A stretch of 64,000 nucleotides of DNA from an uncultured Actinomycetota bacterium (GCA_963808015.1 CAWEEG010000020.1:1051-65050); one strand, 5' to 3'. Positions 1 to 10,000 are shown, numbered from the stretch's first letter. Made by a program: numbers and translations. Notes: generated by a model from the letters alone, not told the origin.

Positions 1-170
1 CTATCCTATGATTATGATACTTATCAAACTATTGAGAAATGACGAATAGTGGTTCTCATCTGGATTATATGATGAAACGGGTTCAGGGAATCGAAGGGCC
101 GGGTGTTTTCTTTTTCAGTGTTCTACTCGAACCCCTGACCCCTTGACCCCTCGGATCCTGACTTTACCCT

Positions 171-1183
171 TCATTTTGATTTAAAATGATCCCATCCTTT
201 GGGTTTGAATTCTTTAATCCGGTCCGACGAATCGACAATTTCCATTTTTCCAGAATTTGTTATCTTTCCAATGGGATAAAGAGGACTGTTAAAGGTTTTT
301 AGATATTTTTCGGTCACATCATCGGCATGATCCGGCGACACGGTGCATAGCAATGTATAATCTTCACCTCCGGCAAATGCAAACTCAGCAGGGTTAAAAT
401 CAAACCGTCTGCAAAAAAAGATCAGATTTTTTGAAACAGGAATTTGGTCAGCGAATAAACGAACACCTACATGGCTTTCCTTTGCAATATGAACAATATC
501 GGATGAAAGCCCGTCGCTGACATCTATCGCTGCGTGAACACCGTTTTGAGCGGATAGAAATCGGCCTTCGTGTAAAAAGGGCCTTGGAAGAATATGCGCA
601 TGAAACAGTGCTTTCAACTTCTTTAGAATCAGCCGGTATGTTGTTTAGTATCATGTGCAGCCCTGCACGGCTGTCACCCAGAAAGCCTGTGGAAAAAATG
701 ATATCTCCAGGTTGTGCTGCATTTCTAAGGAGCAATTCCTCCTTTGGGAACACTGCCTGTCACAGAAATATTAATAATTAAGTCAACCACAGACGAGGTG
801 GTATCGCCGCCAAGAATGTTGACCTTAAATGTAGCAGCCAGATCTTTTATCCCACGGTAAAGATCTTCAAGAAAGTCTATGGAGCAATCTTCAGGAATAG
901 CAACACTGATAAATGCCTCCCTTGCAGTTCCGCCCATGGCTGCAATATCGCTTAAATTGACAGCCAAAGATTTATATCCTAGATTAAATCCGGTTGTTGC
1001 ATCTCGCAGAAAATGAACCCGTTCAACCAGCAAGTCTGTGGTTATAAGGGAGACAAGGCCGGCATCTGTATAAAATGCAGCCGCATCATCGCCGATTGCA
1101 CGTATTATATTTTCAGGACGGATGAGGCAACCCTGACTGATTTTTTCGATAAATCCGAACTCCCCGATATCTTTTAATTTCAT
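171..1183 (-). CDS. thiL: thiamine-monophosphate kinase ThiL, reading frame broken twice
   Basis: ORF pieces 725..1183, 448..753 and 171..617 read as one ThiL. N-term has GEFGFIEKI...IGDDAAAF...TTDLLVERVHF. The middle has PGDIIFSTGFLGDSRAGL. C-term has AAIDVSDGLSSD...GGEDYTLLCTV. Frame changes near ~745 and ~610. The start overlaps the thiE stop. Confidence 0.8.
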
Positions 1184-1860
1184 GAGATACGTGCCTTTTT
1201 TATCATAGCACCTAATTTTTCGGCGGCTTTTCCAGGATCATCCGCAGAAACAATGGTTGATACAACGGCAATTCCGTCGGCACCGTTTAATATGACTTCG
1301 CCTGCATTTTCACAGTTTAAACCGCCGATGGCAACTTTTGGGATCTTTACAGTCCTGCTTATTTTTTTTAATCCCTCAAGACCAAGTGGCATAGCTGTAT
1401 CTGTTTTTGTTGGGGTTGCGAAAATCGGACTGATGCCGATATAATCTGCACCATCTTTTTCAGCCCGGATCGCATCTTCAAGAGATTCAGCGGAAATTCC
1501 GATGATCATCGAATTTTTCAGAATATCTTTTGCCATTCTAAGCGGCATGTCTGTCTGGCCCAAATGAACGCCGTCTGCGCCAACTGCCTGTGCAACATCC
1601 ACCCGGTCATTAATGATCAGCGGGATATTGCTTTGTTTTAAATACTTTTTTACAGATAATGCTTCTGTAATAAATTTGCGTGTGGAACAGTGTTTCTCAC
1701 GCAGTTGAACGCAGGTTACACCTCCGGCAACACCGGCTTTGACAATTTCAAGGGTGGCTCTTCCCCTGGAAAGAGCTCTGTCTGTAACAAGGTATAAAGA
1801 ATAATCGATTGAGGCAATTTCAAAACGTCCCCTTTTGTCCGACATCTGCGTCAGGCTCAT
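1180..1860 (-). CDS. thiE: thiamine-phosphate synthase
   Basis: 226 aa intact ORF. Contains LYLVTDR, VQLREK, IINDRVDVA...GADGVHLGQ and ISPIFATPTK, all typical ThiE motifs. Sits between thiM and thiL. Confidence 0.9.
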   Translation of the reverse strand: MSLTQMSDKRGRFEIASIDYSLYLVTDRALSRGRATLEIVKAGVAGGVTCVQLREKHCSTRKFITEALSVKKYLKQSNIPLIINDRVDVAQAVGADGVHLGQTDMPLRMAKDILKNSMIIGISAESLEDAIRAEKDGADYIGISPIFATPTKTDTAMPLGLEGLKKISRTVKIPKVAIGGLNCENAGEVILNGADGIAVVSTIVSADDPGKAAEKLGAMIKKARIS

Positions 1861-1971
1861 ATTTTAATCCTCGAAATACTACATGTATTCCTGTGGTTAA
1901 AATATTCGCCTTCCTTGATCTCGAACAAAATTGAACATTTTGAAACCGCCTCAATTGATTCAGGTTTCATT

Positions 1972-2736
1972 TCAATTTTTCTCAATCTTACAACCTGCTT
2001 TAAGCTTTTCCGGGGTTATTGTATATAAGGCATCCAGCATCTTTATCATGAAACTTCCAGGTGCCTGTGCTTTTTTACCTGCCACTTCTCCTGCCAGGCC
2101 GAAAAATGCAAGCGCGGTGGCCGCTGCGCTGAATGGATCATGGTCTACGGCTAAAAATGCACCGACAACTGCGGTTGCCGTGCATCCGGTTCCGGTGACA
2201 CATGCCATAAGGGGGTGACCATTGGAAACATGCACTGTACGGTTACCGTCAGTCACCAGGTCAACAGAACCTGTTATAGCCAGAGTGGTTTGCAATTCTT
2301 TTGCCAGTATTTTGGCTGTGTTAGTGGCATCTTCAACACTGTGGATAGAATCAACACCTTTGGTTTTTGAATCACTGTTTTTAAGGGATAAAATTTCCGA
2401 CGCATTTCCCCGGATAACGCTGATTTTTGTTTCATTAATAATTTTTTTGGCAGACTCAGTTCTTAGTGATGTAGCTCCGGACCCAACCGGGTCAAGTATG
2501 ATGGGAGTTTTCAGGGTGGTTGCCTTTTTCCCGGCTTTAATCATGGAATCAATCCAGTCATCAGTTAGTGTACCAATGTTAAGTACCAGAGCGCCGGCAA
2601 ATGAAACCATTTGTTCGACTTCATTTGGTGCGTGGGCCATAACCGGCGATGCACCCACGGCAAGAAGTGCATTTGCCGTATAATTCATCACAACATAGTT
2701 TGTTATATTATGAATAAGCGGCTTGTTTTTTCTCAC
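1972..2736 (-). CDS. thiM: hydroxyethylthiazole kinase
   Basis: 254 aa intact ORF. Contains PLIHNITNYVVMNYTANALLAVGASPVMAH, ILDPVG and VTGTGC motifs. First gene downstream of the TPP riboswitch. Confidence 0.9.
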   Translation of the reverse strand: MRKNKPLIHNITNYVVMNYTANALLAVGASPVMAHAPNEVEQMVSFAGALVLNIGTLTDDWIDSMIKAGKKATTLKTPIILDPVGSGATSLRTESAKKIINETKISVIRGNASEILSLKNSDSKTKGVDSIHSVEDATNTAKILAKELQTTLAITGSVDLVTDGNRTVHVSNGHPLMACVTGTGCTATAVVGAFLAVDHDPFSAAATALAFFGLAGEVAGKKAQAPGSFMIKMLDALYTITPEKLKAGCKIEKN

Positions 2737-2825
2737 AGCAGTAAGGTTTTAGGCCGTTTTGGAAGAGAGATTTTTCATGAGGTAACTCCTGTCTTGGTGA
2801 AAAGGCAGCAGTGCTGGAATTTCTC

Positions 2826-2960
2826 CAATAAAAAAGCCGTTTGCAAGGAAACGGCTTTTTAGGGTTCTATAAATGATAAGTATGTCGTTCCCTACGCTGG
2901 AATTATCCAGATCAGGTTCAAAGGGTGTAATCTCAGGCGTCTTGCAGCCACCCCGCATGT
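2826..2960 (-). promoter_or_regulatory. TPP (THI-box) riboswitch with intrinsic-terminator expression platform
   Basis: The minus strand of 2884..2956 reads gcggggtggctgcaagacgCCTGAGAttacACCCTTTGAACCTGATCTGGATAATTCCAGCGTAGGGAAcgac, the canonical THI element core. It is followed (plus 2826..2860) by the hairpin GCCGTTT-ccttgc-AAACGGC plus a T-run. Located in the 5-prime leader of thiM. Confidence 0.9.
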
Positions 2961-3118
2961 TAATTTTTTTTATTCTAATCTCTAACAAACAGACAGTGAT
3001 AAGTCAACAATAAATTATATGCATAAATACATCAGAAATAGTATTTTATTTGTAGTATATCCTTATTGTCAGAATCTGATCCCCTGAAAACTGTATTAAT
3101 TAACAGAGATAAACGATG

Positions 3119-4409
3119 CTAAAATTCAGCTGATCGGGATGCCGCTGTATCCGTATCATCGGTTTCCTTGTCTGCGATCTGAAGCGCTTTATCGATGATA
3201 TCGATGGCTTGATCCACCTGTTCCACGGTAATAATCAAGGGCGGAGCGAGGACCAGGTTGTCATACCAGGCCAGCATGTGTAAACCGTGATGCATGCACT
3301 CCATGGAAGTTTTTCCGGTCATCAGCGGTTTTCCGCTGATTTTATCCGCTTCGACATTAAACGGTTCTTTGGTCTTTCGATTTTTTCGATTTCGAAGGCC
3401 CAGAAATGCCCCGGCCCCTGACGTCACCGATACAGGGATGTTTGTCCGCCAGTTCATAAAGCCTGTTTTTCAATGCTGGCTGAGTTTTTGCGGCAATCCG
3501 CTCTCCATCATCCGCCTGTCTCCGCGATCGCCGTCGGCACCGGTGATAAAGCCATGGCATGATAAGCATAGGTATGACCATGGCAAAAGAAGTTATCTTC
3601 AAAGAATCGGCAACCCCCTTGTTGGCGACGGTAATTCCCAGCGGTGTATAGGCTGATGTCGGCTCCCTTTGCCGTAGTCATGATATCCGGCTGGACATCC
3701 CAGATATCCATAGCAAATGCGTGGCCGGTTCTGAACCATCCAGTCATGACTTCATCGGCGATTAACAGCACACCGTTTTCATCACAAATTTTTCTAACTA
3801 ACGGAAAATATTCCGGGGGTGGAACGATACGCCCGTTGGTCCCAACGATCGGCTCAACGATCATGGCGGCTACGTTGCCTTCCTCTTTGATCATATAGTC
3901 CAGATATCTCGCGCACTGGATTTGGCATCCAGGATATTCCAAGGCGAATGGGCAACGGTAGCAGTAAGCGTCCGGTGCGAAAAGAACGCCATCGACCGTG
4001 TACCTGACACTTTCAACCGGCCACCGCCGTGGATCTCCGGTAAAAGCCATACCGGTGGGTGTCGCCCCATGAAAAGAATGATAGCGAGAAATCACCTTGT
4101 AAGCCGGTGCCTTGGATTGCCTGACCATGACCAGCGCACCGTCATTGGCCTCGGTACCACTGGTCAAAAAAGAACTTGTCCAAGCCTTTCGGCATAATGG
4201 ACCGCAACGCTTCAACCGCTTCCACAGCGATCTCAGTGGTAAAACCTGGCGCAATATAGGGCAGTTTTTCAGCTTGCTTCACAATGGCCTCAATAATTGC
4301 CTTGTTTTTTATGGCCCAGATTGGAACACATCAACTGGGATGAAAAATCGAGATACGATTTCCCCTTGGCATCATAGAAATAGACGCCTTCAGCATCAGT
4401 AATTAATGT
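3119..4409 (-). pseudogene. class-III (omega) aminotransferase, multiply frameshifted and 5-prime truncated at the composition break
   Basis: Pieces 4290..4409 (TLITDAEGVYFYDAKGKSYLDFSSQL), 3508..4254 (FHGAT...MIVEPIVGTNG...LLIADEVMTGWFRTGH...DIMTTAKG), 3357..3602 frame (HPCIGDVRGRG) and 3119..3457 (LVLAPPLIITVEQVDQAIDII) together make one PLP aminotransferase in four frames. No start codon lies before the break at ~4409. Confidence 0.7.
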
Positions 4410-5519
4410 CGGCGCGATCCAAGCGTTTTGCCGACTTCCATCGACACGATCGAAGCGGTCTCCGGCGCGGGAATGCAGACGGTCGGCGGTGGTCAGAACG
4501 CCGACGCAGCGTGGGAGCCTCTCCTCGTCGATGTATCGGGGCTGACCGTCGCCGTATTCGCGTTCGACGTGAGTGGACACGGACTTGGCGCATCCCAAGG
4601 CCCGGGCGTCGCGTCTTGGGATCCGGACCGTGCCGAGATCGCTGTAGGGGACGCCCGCGCGATTGCCGATGTGGTCGTGGCAGGCATCCATGGCGGCCTC
4701 GAGTTCTGGCAAGACATTGATCCGCAGTTGGAACCCGTCGCACTGAATCTGGCCTCATGGGGCGTCGACATCGTCTGGGGTCACGGCCCCCACGTCGCAC
4801 AGCCGATATCACTGTCCGAGGCGTACGGCACCCGACCGACGGTGATCGCCACCAGCCTCGGGAACTTCCTCTTCGACCAGCAGACCGAGCCAACGAGTCA
4901 CGGATCGATCCTCGAGGTGCTCGTCGACGGAAGCGGCGTAGCGGCGTGGCGCACCGGCCACAAACACCACGACGATCTGAGAGTTCACTTTGCAGGTTGG
5001 GATCTCCCCATTGGGAATGCGGGCCTCGTTGACGGTGACTGGTGGAACGTGGCCCGCGATCTCCCGTTGGATGCGGTCGACGCGCCAGCAACCGGGTTCC
5101 CGTTTGGAACCGTTCTCGCTGCCTCTGTCGGCGATATCGCGGGCGTCGGAATCGAGACCGTCCTCGTTTCGTATCGCCATCCGCTCAGCGACGCGAATTG
5201 GGATCCGCGACCGATGGCAACCGATACGTCCGGCCGCAGTGCACACATAGGAGTGTTCGAGTCGGACTGGACGCCCGTCTGGATGTCCCGCCGCCCTCCG
5301 CATCCCGTAGGAACCCTCGCTGCTTGTGATGGATCTGCCGCTTTCGGGTACACAACGCTCGATGATCCGACCGTGGTGGCAACCGGGGCTGGCGCCTGGA
5401 ACGGGTTCGGCTTCACACTCGCCCCAGACCTTCCAGGCCACGGCACACCCTCGTGCGCGGACTTCGATCACGACGGTGATCTCGATGCCGTAGTCGTAGA
5501 CCGCTCAACTATCCGTTGA
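4410..5519 (+). CDS. CapA-family (poly-gamma-glutamate synthesis-type metallophosphatase) C-terminal fragment with FG-GAP/VCBS-like tail, N-terminus missing
   Basis: The frame is open from the in-frame TAA at 4404-4406. Contains GAGMQTVGGGQNADAAWEP, DVVVAGIHGG and IVWGHGPHVAQPI (CapA-type motifs), and ends CADFDHDGDLDAVVVD. No plausible start or N-terminal half. Confidence 0.55.
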   Translation, partial: RRDPSVLPTSIDTIEAVSGAGMQTVGGGQNADAAWEPLLVDVSGLTVAVFAFDVSGHGLGASQGPGVASWDPDRAEIAVGDARAIADVVVAGIHGGLEFWQDIDPQLEPVALNLASWGVDIVWGHGPHVAQPISLSEAYGTRPTVIATSLGNFLFDQQTEPTSHGSILEVLVDGSGVAAWRTGHKHHDDLRVHFAGWDLPIGNAGLVDGDWWNVARDLPLDAVDAPATGFPFGTVLAASVGDIAGVGIETVLVSYRHPLSDANWDPRPMATDTSGRSAHIGVFESDWTPVWMSRRPPHPVGTLAACDGSAAFGYTTLDDPTVVATGAGAWNGFGFTLAPDLPGHGTPSCADFDHDGDLDAVVVDRSTIR

Positions 5520-5715
5520 GACGCACCGAGGGGTTGCGTCTGGTTGGGAGGTGGCTGGGGAAACGGTTGGCGCGAGAGATCATCATCGGGTCGATCGACC
5601 GCAGGGGTTGTTGGCGTGACCGCTGAGGCAATTCGCCGTACGGAAGCGGACCTCCATGCCACGGCCCGAGAGATCGTCCCGGTGTGGGAGCTGCTCAGAC
5701 GCGGCGACTCCTCCT

Positions 5716-5846
5716 GGGCCATGGAACCGTTTTACCCCCTCCCGCCTCGCTGGGTTCGGTCAGGTTCGGCTGATCGTGGGTTGTGGAACCGTTTGACCCC
5801 CTCCGCCTCGCTGGGCTCGGCACCTCCCCCCTGAGGGGGAGGAATC
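5716..5846. repeat. interspersed repeat family 1, copy A (two GGAACCGTTTGACCCCCTCCGCCTCGCTGGG units plus hairpin)
   Basis: 5722..5757 and 5783..5819 are direct sub-repeats. 5823..5842 (cctcccccctgagggggagg) is a GC hairpin. Related copies at 16836..16955, 38719..38965 and 56938..57000. Lies between convergent gene ends. Confidence 0.8.
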
Positions 5847-5864
5847 CCAGGAGAGGCCTGGTTC

Positions 5865-7883
5865 TCAGTTGAGGTTGAAGTCGCCGGCCACAGGGAGCCA
5901 ACCCGTTCCAGCGCCTTTCCAGGTGAACTGGGAATCGGCGTTGCCCTGCGTCAAGTCGTGCCGGAAATAGAACACCTGATTCGACGGCCGGAACAAACCC
6001 GGCGTGTCCTCACCATCCACGATCCCCCAGTCACCCGCAACGAATCGGTCACCCGGATCACCGAAGTAGAACTGCCCGTGCGCGACACCGGTCGACAACG
6101 TGTTGCGATAGTAGAAGAACCCCGTCGACTCACGATGCAGACCGACTTCGTCGATCCCGTCGCCATCCCAATCCCCCACCATCGGCTTATCACCCTGGTT
6201 ACCGAACAGGAATGAATAGTCCGCCGCCCCCAAACCGCCGCCATTCTGACCCAACGCGTTGATGATGTAGAACCGAGCCTCCAACGGCCGGTAGATCGAC
6301 AACGTGTCACACCCGTTCCCGTTGAAATCACCCGCAATCGGAACATCACCAGGATTCCCGAAGAAGAACGACACATCCGCAATCCCCTGCGAATTCGAGT
6401 TCCGGAGATACGCAAACCCATCCGACTGGCGATACAACCCCGGTGTGTCCTCCCCATCACAATCCCAGTCCCCCACAAACGGATAATCGCCAGGATCCCC
6501 GTAGTAGAACTCAGACACCACCCCCGCCGTGTTGCGCAGACGCCACATCCCCGATCCGGGATCCACCAACCCCACCGTGTGCGGCACACCGATCTTGATC
6601 GTCACCGTCGCCGTGTTCGACACACCCGAACGCGGGTCCTTCGCTGCGTACCGGAACGAATCCATCAACACCGCCGACCCATCGTGGCGATAGACGAACG
6701 TCCCATCCGTCGAGAACTTGAAACTCGCCGCATGGCTCGGACCCGTCACCAGCTTCGCAGTCAGATCCTCACCATCGGGATCCGAATCGTTCGCCAACAC
6801 CGTCGGACCCGCGAACGTCACACCCGGCCGCACATAGAACGGGCCATCGTCAACGGCCACCGGCGGCCGATTCACCGACTCCCAGTTGCCGTATTTCTCG
6901 TCCCCCTCGTGGTCCGTCAAATGACCCAAATTCGACCCATCCGGATCCACCATCCACAGATCCCAATCCCCATCGGCATCCGACGAAAACAAGATATGAC
7001 GCCCATCCGGCGACCACTCCGGCCAGTACTCATTCGATGTCGTCTTCGTGAGACGCAGAACGCGTGCACCGTTCGAGTCCATCACATAGAGATCGCGAGG
7101 ATTCCCACCCCGGTCCGAAATGAACGCGATCTTCGAACCATCCGGCGACCACGCCGGCATGAGCTCCATCGACGTCGGGCTCTTTGTCAGGTTCGTGACC
7201 CGAGTTCCATTCACACTCATCACGTAGATGTCGTCGGACCCATCCCGATTTGAACGGAACGCGATCGTCGAACCATCCGGCGACCAAGCGGGGTCGTCCT
7301 CGATACCGAGAGCAGTTCCCGGAGTGAGGTTCACCGGGTTGGATCCGTTCGCATCCATCACCCAGATATCGCTCGTCAAGATGCCCAAGGGGCTTCGAGC
7401 GAACACGATTCGCGAGCCGTCGGGCGACCACCTCGGATGGAATTCCGCCTCCTTGCTGTTCGTGAGGTTCTTCAACCCACTGCCGTCCGGAGCTACGACC
7501 CAGATATCGCGGGTGCCCGAGGCAAGGGACACAAAGGTGATTCTCTTTCCATCTGAAGACCAGTCCGGCGACTCCTCCGCCGCCACGAAGTTCGACGTCA
7601 GCTGACTCCACGCACCACCAGCGAAGTCCCGCGTGTAGAGCTCCCCACCACCTTCGGTGGACGTGAACACGATCCTGCCGACCGCGCCGGGCACGGTGGC
7701 ATCCGCAGCTTCCGGCACGACCGACAGACCCCCAACCGTCACAACAACGGCAACCAACAGAACCAGAAGATTGCGCACGATGTCCCCCTTGTCAAGACTC
7801 AGTGCCGATGCACCAATGCTCTCGCCAACAGCCGACACGGCCAGGGGAGAAAGCCCCTTTGGGACCTGATCTGTAGGCTTCAA
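5865..7883 (-). CDS. secreted TolB-like (PD40) beta-propeller / cadherin-like / FG-GAP repeat protein
   Basis: 672 aa. Hydrophobic signal-like segment LLVLLVAVVVTVGGLSVVPEAADA. Repeated WSPDGxxIxFxSxRxGxxDIYVM units. VNRPPVAVDD...ANDSDPDGEDL domain. Four or more C-terminal G(D/N)PGDxPxxGDWDGDG repeats. The true start may be internal (~7790). Confidence 0.75.
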   Translation of the reverse strand: MKPTDQVPKGLSPLAVSAVGESIGASALSLDKGDIVRNLLVLLVAVVVTVGGLSVVPEAADATVPGAVGRIVFTSTEGGGELYTRDFAGGAWSQLTSNFVAAEESPDWSSDGKRITFVSLASGTRDIWVVAPDGSGLKNLTNSKEAEFHPRWSPDGSRIVFARSPLGILTSDIWVMDANGSNPVNLTPGTALGIEDDPAWSPDGSTIAFRSNRDGSDDIYVMSVNGTRVTNLTKSPTSMELMPAWSPDGSKIAFISDRGGNPRDLYVMDSNGARVLRLTKTTSNEYWPEWSPDGRHILFSSDADGDWDLWMVDPDGSNLGHLTDHEGDEKYGNWESVNRPPVAVDDGPFYVRPGVTFAGPTVLANDSDPDGEDLTAKLVTGPSHAASFKFSTDGTFVYRHDGSAVLMDSFRYAAKDPRSGVSNTATVTIKIGVPHTVGLVDPGSGMWRLRNTAGVVSEFYYGDPGDYPFVGDWDCDGEDTPGLYRQSDGFAYLRNSNSQGIADVSFFFGNPGDVPIAGDFNGNGCDTLSIYRPLEARFYIINALGQNGGGLGAADYSFLFGNQGDKPMVGDWDGDGIDEVGLHRESTGFFYYRNTLSTGVAHGQFYFGDPGDRFVAGDWGIVDGEDTPGLFRPSNQVFYFRHDLTQGNADSQFTWKGAGTGWLPVAGDFNLN

Positions 7884-7980
7884 GCTCTCAGAGCCCCCTC
7901 TGCACCCGGACTTGCGTTCGGCCGCTTCTCCCCACCTGCGGTGGGAGCGACGAAGATGCCCGCGGCTCGACGGACCCGGT

Positions 7981-9895
7981 TCAGAAGACTCCGAAGTTGC
8001 CAGCTACTGGGAGCCAGCCTGGTCCGGCGTCGGGCCAAGGGGATTCCTCATCCGCGCTGCCCTGCGTCAGGGTGTAGCGAAGGTAGAACGTCAGATCCGA
8101 CGGACGGAACAACCCAGGCGTGTCCGCACCATCAACCACACCCCAATCCCCCGCAACAAGCCGGTCGCCCGGGTCGCCGAAGTAGAACTGGCCATCTGCA
8201 CTCCCCGTCGTCAACAAGTTGCGGTAGTAGAAGAAGCCCGTCGACTCGCGATGCAACCCTATCTCGTCGACGGCATCGCCGTCCCAATCCCCGACCACCG
8301 GCTTGTCACCAGCGTCGCCGAACAGGAACGAGAAGTCGGCAGCACCCAGACCTCCGCCATCCTGGCCCAATGCGTTGATGACGTAGAACCGGGCTTCAGA
8401 CGGCCGGTAGATCGAAACCGTGTCGCACCCATCGCCGTTGAAATCACCGGCCAGGGGAACGTCACCAGGATTCCCGAAGAAGAACGTCAAGTCTGCGGAG
8501 CCCTGCGTGTTGCTGTTACGCAGGTACACGTAGCCGTCGGACTGCCGATACAAGCCGGGCGTGTCGACCCCATTGCAGTCCCAGTCTCCCATGAACGGAT
8601 AGTCGCCCGGGTTCCCGTAGTAGAAGTCCGAAACCCCGGCGCCGAGGGTGATCAGGTGCCACATTCCGGTTCCCGGATCCACCAAACCCACGGAGTCCGG
8701 GAAACCAATCATGATTGTGACCGTTGCGACATTCGAGACTCCCGAACGCGTATCCCGGGCTCGATAGGTGAACGTGTCGATCGCCGGGATCGGACCGCTG
8801 CGCTCGTACGTGAAGGTTCCGTCCGCGGCAAGGCTGAAGCTCGTCGCTTGAGTAGGACCCGTCACAAGTTCTGCCACGAGGTCCTCACCGTCGGGATCTG
8901 AGTCATTCACCAGCACCGACGAACCGTGCAGAGTTCGCCCGTTCGACATGTGATACGGGCCGTCATTCGAGGCGATCGGCGGACGATTCACCGATTCCCA
9001 CGCGGTGTACCACTCGTCCGCAGGATCATTGGTCAGTTGGGTGAGATTCGAGCCATCTGGATCGACCATCCAGAGATCACCGACGTTGTTCACGAGCGAC
9101 GTGAAAGCGATGTGCGCACCGTCGGGTGACCATGCGGTCGCCAGCTTGCTGCTCAAGATGGTGGTCAGGCGGCGAACGTTCGAACCGTCGGCGTTCATGA
9201 CATAGAGATCGCTGCTCAAGCCGGCTCGATTCGACAGAAAGGCGATCTGCGAGCCGTCGGGTGACCAGGCAGGATTGCGGTCCATGGACGCGCCGCCAGC
9301 TGTGAGATTGACGACGTTCCCGCCATCGGCGTCCATCAGATAGACGTCAGCATCTCCGTCCCTGTCGGATGTGAACGCGATCTTGGCGCCGTCCGGTGAC
9401 CATGCTGGATCGAGGTCATACGTCTCAGGGGCGGCGGTCGTCAGGCCGGTCTTGCCGGATCCGTTGGAGTTCATCACCCAGATGGAGTAGGAGTTCACCG
9501 ACCGTTTCGAAACGTAGGCGATCTTCGTACCGTCCGGCGACCACGACGGGTACCCGTTCGCAAACCCGTCCAGAGCGACAGGATGTTTGGCAGCGCCATT
9601 GGCGTTCATCACCCAGATTGCGGAATTGGTTGGCGGACCCAGTGCGTAGACGATCTTCGTTCCGTCCGGAGACCAGTCCAGGCCGAATTCTCGCTCCGTG
9701 TTCCATGTCAAGCGTTGCCATGCGCCGCCCGCAGCATCTCGCTTGTATATCTCGCCTTCGGGGTGATCACGATCCGACCAGAACGCGATCTCCCCGATCG
9801 CACCTGGAGTGGTCGCGTCGGCAGATCGGGGCACGTTCGCCGTCAGCGCGAATGTCGACCCCGAGCACAGTGAAGAGAGCCAGCATTCTGCGCAC
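7981..9895 (-). CDS. secreted TolB-like (PD40) beta-propeller / FG-GAP repeat protein, tandem paralog; frame break in signal peptide
   Basis: 617 aa ORF collinear with 5865..7883 in domain order. The signal peptide (VRR)MLALFTVLG...STFALTANVP lies upstream in another frame. The break is at the C-run ~9859-9862. Confidence 0.7.
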
Positions 9896-10000
9896 GGCGT
9901 CCCCCTCTCGGCCTGGGTTGTGATACTTCAAGTATCGGTTGATCAGACCTTCGGAGTAAGGGGTATTGGCGGGTGCCTGACGACGGAGCGGAGAAATGAC

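Noticed and set aside
171-1183. thiL, atpG, atpF, atpB, hom, lysA, argS and others as genuine pseudogenes (reductive evolution).
   Set aside because: Too many essential single-copy genes are hit. Each break is a single indel with perfectly preserved downstream sense. Some fall in homopolymer runs. Sequencing or assembly error is the simpler explanation, pending read-level confirmation.
2979-3007. A sigma-70-like promoter for the riboswitch and thiM (TTGACT-N17-TAGAGA on the minus strand).
   Set aside because: The spacing is right, but the -10 is weak and the region is so AT-rich that such matches arise by chance. Not reported as a feature.
1-4409. The AT-rich block as a horizontally acquired genomic island inside the GC-rich genome.
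   Set aside because: It lies at the window edge, and both genes at the boundary are truncated. There are no integrase, att or IS features. The content is core thiamine metabolism with its own riboswitch. A chimeric join is more parsimonious.
4396-5091. Long overlapping ORFs on the strand opposite to, or out of frame with, real genes throughout the GC-rich block. Examples are 4396..5091, 6579..7253, 7912..8901, 14977..16377, 33213..35126, 39509..40708, 43962..45275 and 29787..30983.
   Set aside because: Their translations are Arg/Pro/Ser/Gly-rich with no motifs. Each lies antisense or frame-shifted to a gene with clear homology-like sequence. Open frames of this kind are expected by chance at this GC content.
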